NCBI GenBank assembly: GCA_047967505.1
Contig: CM106538.1
Strand: one strand, 5' to 3'
DNA length: 64,000 nucleotides
Origin: Dipteris shenzhenensis
Taxonomy: Eukaryota
Shown here: positions 1 to 10,539 of the stretch, piece after piece
How positions within the stretch are numbered: position 1 is the first letter of the stretch
Layout of the letters: every line of letters begins with the position of its first letter
Notes under the pieces: generated by a model
What the model was told of the DNA's origin: nothing
The model's database searches: none
Seen by the model: only the letters and a program-made list of their open reading frames with translations
Position numbers and translations under genes: made by a program

Positions 1-1615
1 CCAATGGCTTTTTACTCTCTTGAACATGCCTAGGAAAAGGTTTCCTTGCCTGTTTCCCAAATTGACAGGCTTCACAAACCTTGTGCATTTCTGCAACCTT
101 GAATTTAGGCAATCCTGCAACAATATTTTGGGCTTGCATTGATTTTAGTCGCTGTATATTAACATGACCAATGCGTTTGTGCCAGATATCAATATCTGCA
201 ACTACACCGGTCCCATGTGCAAACATTGCTGCACTCAATTCAGGCATGTCTGCATCCAACGTAAACATCCTGCCCTTCTTCTTTCCTTTTGCTATCAAGC
301 GACCGTTATTTTTCATATCCTCAACAAAGCATCCATGAGGATTAAATCTAACCTGCAAGCCCTGCTCAACCATTTGACCAACAGAAACCAGGTTCTTGGT
401 GATGTTCGGGACATGAAATACATCAGACAAGTATTTCTTTTTCCCATCCTGCATAGACAAAGGAATTTTGCCAATCTGCACAATAGGATGTGCAGTATCA
501 TCACCAGTCTCCACAAATCCTAGCTTTTCCATCTTCCTTGCATCTTGCATCCATTCTGCATGACCTGTCATGTGGTTTGACGCACCTGAGTCAACATACC
601 ACACATCATTTTGTTCTTCTGTACTTGTCACAGAATTGGTCATATGCTGCACCATAAATAGATGCTCATTTCTGTCATCACCCTACCTGCTAGAAGATGC
701 ATAATTGCCTTGCTGCAATTTTCCACTCGTAATGTCATTCTGCTTTTTGTAGCAGTCTTTAGCCATATGCCCCATTTTGCCACAGTAGTAGCATTCAACA
801 TTGCTGTTTGCATTTTGGCCTCTCTGCCATCCACCACGGCCTCTTTGGCTCCCCCTGCCTCTAGAGTTACCACGTCCTCCTGCATAGGACTGGTTTTCTT
901 GCATTTGCTACATATTCTGATTTCTACCATGGGCAGATCGGCCTCCTCTACCTCTGCCTCTACCTCTGCCAGCATTTGAGTAGAAGACAGTTTCTTTTGA
1001 AGTTCCTGCTGAAGAAGATGCACCCCCATTTCTCTGCTCTTCAGAAATTAGAAGAGCAATCAACTCCTCAAAATCAGGAAAGTTTTCACGGACGGCAATG
1101 GATGTCCGAAACTGTGCATAATCCTTTCCTAGACCATTCAAGGTCACAGAGACAAAATCGTCATCATCCACTGGCGACCCAATGGAAGCAAGTGCATCCG
1201 CAATTTTCTTCACCTTCATGTGGTAGTCATTGATGCTCATGTTTTCTCTCTGCACATTATGCAACTCCTGTTTGAGTTGCATTTTCCTGGCTTGCGTATT
1301 TGTGCTATACATTTTTGCCAAAGTATCCCATGCCTCCTTTGGCGTATTTGCATCTTGAATATGCACAATCATGGAGTCCGAAATACTGATAGACAGCCAG
1401 TACATAACTTTCATGGCTCTCTCATGCCATCCTTTGAATGCCTGCATTTCCTGTTGACTGGGAACATTAGGAAGAACAGGCTCTTCTTCATTTCCTGTAA
1501 TGAATTCCCAATAGCCTTTTCCCATCAAGAAATTCGTCATTCTAAACTTCCATGCCTGGAAGTTGTTCTTGTCAAGCTTTTCAGTGACAATCTGTGAAAG
1601 AGAATCAGATGCCAT
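1..1615 (-). pseudogene. copia gag-pol with two in-frame TAG stops (908-910, 683-685); frame then open to window edge
   Basis: ORFs 908..1630 and 683..904 are in one frame; hand translation past 683 gives protease and integrase zinc-finger motifs without further stops. Confidence 0.9.
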
Positions 1616-2145
1616 TACAGAACACTGCAAAATATTCTGTCACTGCAAAGAACACAGCTTTTGCCTCACACGGGCAGATCTGCAAAACTGACGAAAGTGG
1701 TATTTCACCACACAGTCACTTCCTAGTGACGATTTTGCATCAACAGGCAACAGGCATGAATCTGCAACTCCCAATATCTCTGCACACAGGCATACAATGC
1801 AATTTCTGCGGCACCTTTCCACCGACTAGCCGCGCAGTGGTCGCACAGCAAAAAACAGGGCCTTTTTCTGAGTGCCTGCGAAGAACTTCCGCCTTCAAAA
1901 CGGGCCTCGAAACGGCCTCAAATCAGAAAAATAAAGTCACTGAGAGCTTTGCCCTCACCCGCAGCATATACTGCGCTCTCGCCACACCGCGAAGGGTGTC
2001 TCAATCTGAAACAGTGCACTCCTGCACTTCTGGCTGTGCTACCTGCAGAGATTTGCTCCCAAACTCGAAATAGGACAGCAACACTGGTCCCTTACCAGGA
2101 CACCACGAACTTGGCTTGCTTTCTTGATCTCCTTACCACGAACAA

Positions 2146-2158
2146 GGCTCTGATACCA
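2146..2158 (-). promoter_or_regulatory. primer binding site, tRNA-iMet
   Basis: Reverse complement TGGTATCAGAGCC directly abutting the LTR end. Confidence 0.9.
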
Positions 2159-2510
2159 TGTGAAGATTGTGGGAGAGAGGGAAGGAGTCTCACTTGCAGC
2201 TTTCTCACATGCACAATGGGGGAATACACACAAAGGTGGAGGCTGAAAACAGTTTTCCTCTTCTTAGTTGTGAAAGCCAAAAGAACTCTAGTACAAAGAA
2301 ATAGAAGAACCCTATATGTGGGTCTCAAACCAAACTCAACTAACTAAGGTGGCATACTAACTAAGCCACGAACTAGTGTAGATAAGGATAGTTGTCATCC
2401 AACTATTATTCATGAGCGGTGTACCAACCGCATCTCCAGCTAACAAGTCGGTGACATAAATGCACAACAGTCACCCTGGCATATCGCGAGTGGAGCTCGA
2501 TATCTCAACA
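2159..2510 (-). repeat. 5' LTR (~352 bp) of the first copia
   Basis: TG...CA ends (tgtgaaga / tctcaaca imperfect inverted termini) next to the PBS; partner LTR is outside the window. Confidence 0.75.
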
Positions 2511-2538
2511 CATTCCTAGTGGTAGTAAAGTCATATGC

Positions 2539-3160
2539 ATGGGCACAAGAAGTAGCAAGAAAAATTGTGGAAAGGCTCTCACCTTGGGTAAGGCAACGGA
2601 GAACATTTTGGTGCCACAATTCTTTGGAAAGCGGGCTTATAGTGGCAATGAGACAATGCAATTCATCTGGTTTTTCCCTAATGATATGACTCATATGTGG
2701 CATCTAAACAAGAACATTGTGAATCCACCCATAGTGCCACTACAACAATGGCCAGTTGACAATGGAACTAACATGAGCCAAGATGAAGTAAATGCATTGA
2801 ACAAAGGAGGGTACATGTTGCAAGCCCACGATGTGCAAACCAATAATGTTGTGTTGGATAGTGCAGGAGGAAATCATTGACTAGAACAGGAAGGTTGTCT
2901 TTCAAATTGAAAGCTATGCAACAAATCCTTCTGGTAGTACTTACAATGTGACTATAAGTGATACTCCACAATGCATGTGTGCAGACTTTGTCAAGAGGTT
3001 TGAGAAAGGGAAGTTCACAACTTGCAAGCATATGTATTTTGTTTACATAGTGGTCTTGGGTCTTGACATAAACCATAAAATGTGTGTCCATCAACCACAA
3101 CTCTCTCCAACGGAACTCTTCCAAATTTTGTCTCGTTCTAGAAACCACAAGGTTGTTTGA
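2539..3160 (+). pseudogene. SWIM zinc-finger coding remnant
   Basis: FQIES...STYNVTISDTPQCMCADF-x10-CKHMYFVYIVVLG fits SWIM CxCx(n)CxH; upstream ORF 2539..2880 is linked by a frameshift/stop; 5' end cut by the copia LTR. Confidence 0.7.
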
Positions 3161-3609
3161 GATATTGTGGTGGGAAGTTGGTGAATCGGTTTTTTGGGGT
3201 GGAGACAGTTTGAATCATTTTTATATTACCTAGAAACTATTTGTTCATATGTCTCTAAAATTATGAGATTGTAGTTCATATTATAAATGTCCTTTCAAAT
3301 ACGTTTGGACATCAGTCAAATTTTTGGTCTGAGAAGGGCATGGTTTAATGAGATTCAAAATTTGACTTTGCAAGTGTATTGAAGTTTGACATGTGATGCT
3401 ATGGTTTGGAAATAATTAATGCAAGAATCACAAAAAAAATTAATGAAATCTTGCCATTTGTTAAGCTGAAGAATGAGCAAGGGTAGATTATATTTTATGG
3501 TGAATGTATAGCTGGCCACTAGCTATATATTTGTAGGGTTGAAAACTCGCAAAGCTTGCAAAAAAAAAACTCACAAAGTGCCAAGTCCCCATTCCAAGCA
3601 TTGAATTAT

Positions 3610-4249
3610 CGGTCGATGTAGACTTGATCTTATAGATCTTGCTACAAATGCTGGATATGGTGTATTGGCAGTTGTTTTATTGCTTATTGAACACCAAAGC
3701 CACCTTGCTCGTAGGTAGTTCAGGCAGGCTATGCATAAGTGTTTGCAAGCGCAGCTCTTCTTCTTTGGACCAGTGAGTGTAGGCCCTTTTTCCCCGAACC
3801 ATGTACAGTGAGGCCACAAATGCGGGGTGCACCCAATCATTCATTAGTATTTCCTATTGCATAAAACAATCACCATTGCCGATGCCAATCCGTTGTACAA
3901 CTGAGCCGCCATTGTGTTGTACTAGAGTGAAAGCGATTCTAAGTGCTTCAGACAAACGCAGCAAGCAATCATACACAAGACATCTTGATGTGGAGGAGCC
4001 TTGTAGTAAGTACATAACTTCGTCCCTCGATGGTGTATCTTCTTGCTCGTGCTGAGGCGTTACCCTAAGCTTGCGCCACGGCCATGTTACTTCACAAGGT
4101 ATTGTGGAGATGTGAGTCTGTAACATCCCTAGAAAATGTTCGTACGAATGTCTCCCGTTGAGGGCTGCACACATCTCAGTATGTCCGATATTTTTGATTT
4201 GCATATCAGGGGGTTCCATCAATAACAACATTGTCAAAGTTAGGCTCAA
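3610..4249 (-). pseudogene. degenerate ORF ending in a Myb/SANT-like helix-turn-helix
   Basis: Reading through the TAG that ends ORF 3854..4249 gives RAYTHWSKEEELRLQTLMHSLPELPTSKVALVFNKQ*NNCQYTISSICSKIYKIK, resembling W(S/T)xEEdxxL...A...R(T)xxxxxxK. Confidence 0.45.
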
Positions 4250-4954
4250 TGTACCCGTGTATCAATACCTTGCTGATATTCTCCATGGGCCAAACTGAGA
4301 AGGTAGGCGTGTTGTGCAGGTATGATGTGGAAAAACAATCCGAAGCAAGGAGGGATTATATGTAAAGGAACAAAGGAGCCAAAAATGTGACAATGCTTAG
4401 AAACTCAAGGCATAACCATGCAATCCAAGATGTTTTATTTCCTCCCCAATGTATGTACAAGCTTACACCTACTCAGCAAGTAGTATGTACAAAGACTCAG
4501 CACAAATTTACGTATAGTAAGGACAAGGTGACTTCAAATAGTGCCTATGTGTCCCACAAAAATGCAATAATGAATCCGAAGCTATTGATAGTGAATTGCC
4601 CCGAGGGACGATGATCCATTAGCAGATTTTGTGTCGCGACCATGATATGACTATGGTACTCCATGAAAGCTCATCACAAGCCCAAAACATCTTCGGCAAT
4701 GTGTTGGCTCTTTCCCATGAATTTCATAGGAAGAGCAGGGTATTTTCAGTATGCAGGGTTTCAAGCCTTTTTGTCACCTACAGATATATCAGGGTTGTCG
4801 TTTGTAGTATATGTGTAGCTTAGGACCTCGAGTCATATTTCGGTGAGAGACATAGGCTTAAGTGTGGTAAGCAAACATAGTGCATGCATGTGTAAAATGA
4901 ACGTGTATCATCATGGTTGAGGTAATGAAGGCTTTCACCTTCATTGGGGGTTGC

Positions 4955-5135
4955 AAGGTTTAGGAGGAGTTTAAGGGTTAGAAGGAGGTTTCAGAGTTTA
5001 GAAGGAGGTTCCAAGGTTAGAAGGAGTTCCCAAGTTTAGAAGGAGGTTCCAGAGTTTAGAAGAGGTTCCAGTGTTAGAAGGAGGATCCAAGGTTTAGAGA
5101 GAGGTTCCAGAGTTTAGAAGAGGTTCCAAGGTTTA
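4955..5135. repeat. degenerate ~20-bp tandem repeat (GAAGGAGGTTCCAAGGTTTA-like)
   Basis: About 8-9 visible units of aggaggttcca(a/g)(g)gtttaga. Confidence 0.85.
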
Positions 5136-5224
5136 GGGTAGAGTACATGGTGGAGAACTCGTCTTCCTTGTAGATCATGGAGGTTAAGGGTTGAGGAACT
5201 AAGGGTTTAGGGGGAGTATAGGAG

Positions 5225-5475
5225 TGGGAGAGGAAGAAGGTGTAAGAGCATGGGGGAAAGAAGAGAGAGGAGGGAGAGGAGGAGGAGGAGGAGGAGGGAG
5301 GAGGAGGAGGAGGAGGAGGAGGAGGAGGAGAGAGGAGGAGAAGGGAGGAGGAGGAGGAGGAGGGAGAAGGAGGAGAAGGAGCGAGGAGGAGAAGGGAGGA
5401 GGAGGGAGGAGGAGGAGGAGGAGGGACGAGGAAGAGGAAGAGGGAGGAGGAGGAGGGAGGTGGAGAGGGAGAGGA
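5225..5475. repeat. (GGA)n-rich polypurine tract
   Basis: Near-pure A/G tract of GGA/GAG triplets; explains the spurious poly-P/L/S/E/R/G ORFs. Confidence 0.95.
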
Positions 5476-5670
5476 TGGGTTGCAAGGTTGGAGGAGAGGG
5501 GAGCAGGAGTTGCAAGGTTAGGACATGCTTTTGGACGTGGAGTGCAAGGAAGCATGGACACTTGAGACAATTTCTTGGAATACCAAAGTAGAGCTCAACA
5601 CAATGCCCCAAAGAGTGTGGGCTTCATTCCATTATGGGGTATTTATACAAGTTGGAGAGCTTCTCTCTCT

Positions 5671-6040
5671 GCATGTAGGAATTGTAAGACATTCTCTCTC
5701 TACATGTAGAATTTGCATATAGAAGTTGCATGTAGGAGTTGCATGTAGAACTCGCATGTAGGAGTTGCATGTAGGAATTGCATGTAGAACTTGCATGTAG
5801 AACTTGCATGTAGAACTCGCATGTAGGAGTTGCATGTAGAAGTTGCATGTAGAACTCGCATGTAGGAGTTGCATGTAGGAGTTGCATGTAGAACTCGCAT
5901 GTAGAACTGGTATGTAGAACTCACATGTAGGAGTTGCATGTAGAACTCGCATGTAGAACTCGCATGTAGGAGTTGCATGTAGAACTCGCATGTAGGAGTT
6001 GCATGTAGGAATCGTATGTAGAACTTGCATGTAGAACATG
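5671..6040. repeat. 13-bp minisatellite TGCATGTAG(A/G)A(C/G)T, roughly 25 copies
   Basis: Alternating units tgcatgtagaact / cgcatgtaggagt; gives repetitive ORFs in all three minus frames. Confidence 0.95.
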
Positions 6041-6052
6041 CAAGTTGGATTT

Positions 6053-9000
6053 CTAAGAGGGATTATTTCTAGCTTTATGGAAGTACAAGCGGAGCTTTGC
6101 CGCTACTCTACACACACATTCTATTCTACCTAAGTCCATATTGGCACAGAGACAACATACTCTCGGATCCATTTTATTACCCATCCTTGGGTTATGGCTT
6201 ATTTCGAGCACGTACCTAGATTGCCTTGCCTTTAGTCCAATGACTATGGAACTTGTGTCATGCCAATTGATCCTGCTGTAAAGCCTTGGCACCATACAAT
6301 TTTTGTTCAGTATCTAGGTAGCCTGTATTGACCATTTGTTCGAACAGAGATATGTGGCGTGCTTCTAACACGATCACTCTTGATAGAGTCGGCTTGTAAT
6401 CTGAGCATCAACCCGTTCATTGGGATTGAAACTGAGTGGAGGCAAATGGGTATCGAGGTAACATGGGACCTCTAGAATGAGTTCCAATGTTTTACAAAAT
6501 ATAGCACTTAGGTGAAGGAAGCGATCAATGTTGCCATGCATTATTTGCTCATGCTGTTGAAGTGCTCAAATCATTATGCCTTGGATATTCCATTCTACAC
6601 TAGAGTATGGTTCGATCATTGGCCAGTTAATGGTTCGATCTTCATCCAAAGTCTGTATGTTGGCTTTCCATTTTTTACGTCATGGAACTGCATAGAACTT
6701 GGGATGGGTTCTGAGACATGGAGGTGCATGTAGGTACTCCTTTAAGAAGATTACATCAAAGAGCTTAGGACGGTGCCAATCAGATTTGTGGATCCAACTT
6801 GGTAATCCAACCTTCAGGAATTTGATGCTGACGAAGGTTGGTAGGAAAGTTGTTCAGGGTCCATCCACCTCGAGTTTTCATATCAGGATATTTGCTCCAA
6901 AATTCCTTGATGGGGTTACTAGGAAGTGGTATCTCCTCAAAGTCATACCCATCATTGGAACTTGGCATGGGAGTACGAATTGGATTATTCAAATCCTGAT
7001 AGTCAAAATCAAATATTGTGTCATTTTCTGCTAATGGAAGCACAAGTAGTGTCGGAGGTGATGATGGGGCAAGGAGAGAATCTAGGGACATGGGGGAGAA
7101 ATATGGAAGAGTGTTAGTTGCGAAAGGGGGAGCAGAGGGGAGGGGGGGAAGAACTGGGCAAATGGTTTGAGTAGCTTGGTAATCCTCAAGGGTAGGATTA
7201 GCAAGGGAGGGGAAGAAGCTAGTGTGAGGGGCTCGTAAGTTTGTGACTATTGGGTTAGTTGAAAATGGCGAGAGGCATGAGCAAAGAGACAATGGAGGGA
7301 ATAGATGTTAGGATGGAGCTCGGGGAAGGTTAAGAGGGTGGTAGCAACAAGGGTAAGTGAGGTTATGAGGTTGGCAAAAAGAGTGGTTAGATATGGGAAG
7401 TTGGATGTGAGATAGGCCTTGTCATCTTTCGACGCTTCTTTTTGCTGGTGCGATGGGATCATCAGCTGCATGGATGGGATGTCGGTTATGTTGTGCCTTG
7501 CAAATAATAGTGATGGCCTTTGTAGCAATGGCAACAAACCTGTAATGACCCTGAGGAGAGGACTACCCATGAGGCATACATATGTAATGAAAGCATCTGT
7601 CCTGAGTGCTATAAACCCGACATGTGTAGACAGGCAGAAGATATTTTTCTCATCTTCAGACAAGTCTTGGCAAATTATGCATAGGGTTTTGGTCCCTATG
7701 GAACGTTCCCATTTGATTGTTGGATGAACATATATGATCTTGATTTGGAGTTGCTTCCATTGGATAAGCACGTGTGTGTTGAGGTGATCTTCCACTTGTA
7801 GAGCAGCCACAAGCTCTGGGTACATCATCGTTGTGCATTGTAGTGGGGCTTCATTGGTGTTGTCTTCCAATGCCTCATTGTTGTGCATTAGCAATTGGAG
7901 TTCAAGCTTGGAGATGATTATCTTTTGGGAGTGCATCTCATTCATTTTTTCTTTGTATTGCTAGTAGATGGTTGTATATGCCTCCTTAAGCTTTCTTATT
8001 TGCAAGGTGATCTTTGCCTGTTGAGGAATGTCTTCAGTGGTATTGGACCATTCATCCAGGACTTGTGCTTGTGAAGTGCTAGCCTCTTGAGTGGTAGCAA
8101 GTTGGTCCTTGTAAGCTCGTCAATGCTGAAGGCACGTACTGCCAAAGATTGTTTCATGTCTTCAAGCTTGTCTTTGCAATCCTGGAGCTCTTCTTATTTG
8201 TGAATTAGAGTGAGTCGAGCTTGTGCCACTACCACCATCTGTTGAGCATGTGCGGATGTCAAGGAGCTATAGTACGTCTGTAGAATTGCTGTTGCTTGTA
8301 CTACTATTCTCAGATGTGTTTGACTTTGATGGAGGTTGGAGGTCACATCCCTCACTGCCTTCTCTTGAGCTTGGAGAGCTTGGTTCATGCACACTTCTTC
8401 TACGTCCTTCTCATCTATCTGTGCCCGAAGTGCCTTGACCTCTATGGCAATTGCTTGGAATTGGTCTTCAATTTCTGTTGCAGTCTATCTATCCAATTCT
8501 CTTGCATATTCTTCCTTGGCCAAGCTAGTGAATAGTTCTGACATTTGGATCATTTGGCTAGCTTGATGTTGGAGAATGACAGACGGTGATGAGGTCTGGC
8601 GATATAGCTGATACAAGTGGTGCCCATGTAGCCATCCCAATGATTCTATAGTACTTGGGGGAGGTTGTTCCAATGGTATTTCAATCCCTTATGTACAATA
8701 GTCATACTATTGATCTGGCACCAGCTCCCCTTGTGGCTCATTGACTAGCATGGCGTCGATGGGCGGTTCTAGTGATGATGTAGCCTCAGGCTCTAGTGCC
8801 GATGTTTCCTCAGGTTCTGGTGCCGATCTTGCCTCGGGCTCTAGTTGCTGCTGTTGTTGGAGATATATTGGTTGCAATTGTGCACTGAGCTGTAGCATCT
8901 CGTGGGGCAATTACTCAATCCCGACCTCCAGATCTTCTAAGGCATTTGCACTTATCAATGTGATAGTAGGAGAAGTTGGTGACGGGGCTCCCATATTGGT

Positions 9001-9710
9001 GAGAAGGGTATGTCCAACTCCTCAATTGGTTTTGGTGATTGGGGCAGAGTCATTTCTCTTTGTTGTAGTTCTTTTTTGATGATTATAGCCAATAAGTGTG
9101 GAATTTTACATTTTTGTCCTGATGAACCATCTAGTTTCTTTGTAAAGAAGATGACTAAGTGCTAGACCCAGTCTTGTTTTAGCTTCCTACTCAGCAAAAC
9201 AAATGTGCAAAGTGGAAGGGATCGATTCTTGCCGCACTTAACTTCCAGGATTGTGGATAGGAATTGTGCTACTTCCTTGAGGCGATGGTTAAGGATTGTG
9301 CGAAGCAATATGCCGTCCCTATGGAACAGTGTGCCCTTAGTGAGGAGAGACTGTACTTCAAGAAACTTTGCATCGGCAGGCTGTGTAGGGTATTTGGCAC
9401 CGTGTGTTGGCAGTGAGAAATCCCTTTGAATGACTGTACTGTCGAGGATAATGTTTAGTGGGCTCTGATGTACAGTGATTATACTGTACTTGCCAACCTT
9501 TGCATTGCTGGAGTGGTAAGAATGGAGAAAGTCCCTGATGTATGTGGTCATTGTAGGACTGTCCTCCAAGGATTTTAGGCTCTCATGCAAACTACCTAGA
9601 CCCCTTTGCTCTAAGTAAGATGTTGCTTCTTGGGAAAGAGCATAAGTCGATGCGTGTGGCCAAACAAGTTCTAGTGACTGGGCCCCATCAATGGCTGTGG
9701 AGGTCGGTGA
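6053..9710 (-). pseudogene. long degenerate ORF antisense and upstream of gypsy gag (accessory ORF of unknown function)
   Basis: Minus-strand segments 9162-9590, 8707-8910, 8485-8673, 8194-8394, 7247-7945, 6780-7292 and 6053-6295 chain through few stops/frameshifts; includes a Q/E-rich coiled-coil-like middle and CIICQD motif. Confidence 0.55.
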
Positions 9711-9714
9711 TGAC

Positions 9715-9945
9715 TAAGGTTAGCAACATAGCTTTAGTTAGCATTAATCCACCATAGTTAGTTTAACTAACTTCAGTTAGTTACACTTACGGTTAGGTTA
9801 GTATAATTGAGGTTACAATTGGTTAGGTTAGCTTAACTAACCTTCAATTAGTAGACTAACTCTAGTTAGTGAAAGTAGTTATGTTACATTAACTGGGCAG
9901 TTAGGGTTATACGCTAGTTAGACTAACTGGAATTAACTTGGTTCA
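9715..9945. repeat. low-complexity GTTAG/TAACTAAC short-motif cluster
   Basis: Many gttag(t/c) and taact motifs in both orientations. Confidence 0.6.
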
Positions 9946-10539
9946 AACCCATCAGTTGGACTTAAAGTCCATTCACACCAACCTTAAGACCCCTCTCCCA
10001 AAAGGCCAATTTTACCCCTACTTCAACACTTCCTATCGCGCCCATTTGGGACCCAAACTAGACCCCGTTTGAACCAAAATTTCACACATGGAAACACATG
10101 CTACGAGGCATTTTTCCTGCCCATTGCACACCATTTTGACATCCCTAGCACTTGCTCATTTGCACCCCTGTGCGGGCATTATTTTGCACAAATTTGCTTG
10201 TATCTTTATGCTGTGACCTTCGATTGACGATCCGTCTGCACCGACACATTTTCCTACACATGTAGGCCAATCTTAGGCACATTATTAACATGAAGGTCCC
10301 TACAAAACTAACACCACTCTAACCCTCAAACAACACTACATCAACACCCGCACTTGCGACAGAGACACCCTTTGCAAATCTCACCCAATCTGCATGCAGC
10401 TACATTCTGACCACCGCCTCTGATTGCAATGCTCACCAAATCCACATACAACTCTGTTGCAACCACCACCCTTGACAATCCTCTACCCTAAATCTCCCTG
10501 TAAAAGTCAAGCAATCCCTTTAACTCCTCACGCCGCAAC

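Larger units (their letters stand above)
1..2510 (-). mobile_element. Ty1/copia LTR retrotransposon, 5' part (runs off left edge)
   Basis: Order on minus strand: 5' LTR, tRNA-iMet PBS, gag (KLDKNNFQAWKFRM...UBN2-type), CCHC knuckle CYYCGKMGHMAKDC, protease WYVDSGASNHMT (~570-605), pre-integrase WHKRIGH...CEACQFGKQ (~50-190). Confidence 0.95.

Noticed and set aside
905-910. Programmed stop-codon readthrough in copia gag (TAG CAA)
   Set aside because: Context is TAG-CAA-ATG, not CARYYA, and a second in-frame TAG at 683 points to CAG>TAG decay.
164-2073. Plus-strand ORFs (164..523, 662..979, 1220..1597, 1594..2073)
   Set aside because: Antisense shadows of copia gag-pol and leader, with no domain motifs.
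5199-5611. Pro/Leu/Ser- or Gly/Arg/Glu-rich proteins
   Set aside because: Translations of a GGA repeat, open in several frames on both strands.
5624-6039. Cys/His-rich repeat protein or CRISPR-like array
   Set aside because: 13-bp head-to-tail units with no unique spacers; period not divisible by 3; eukaryotic context with no cas genes.
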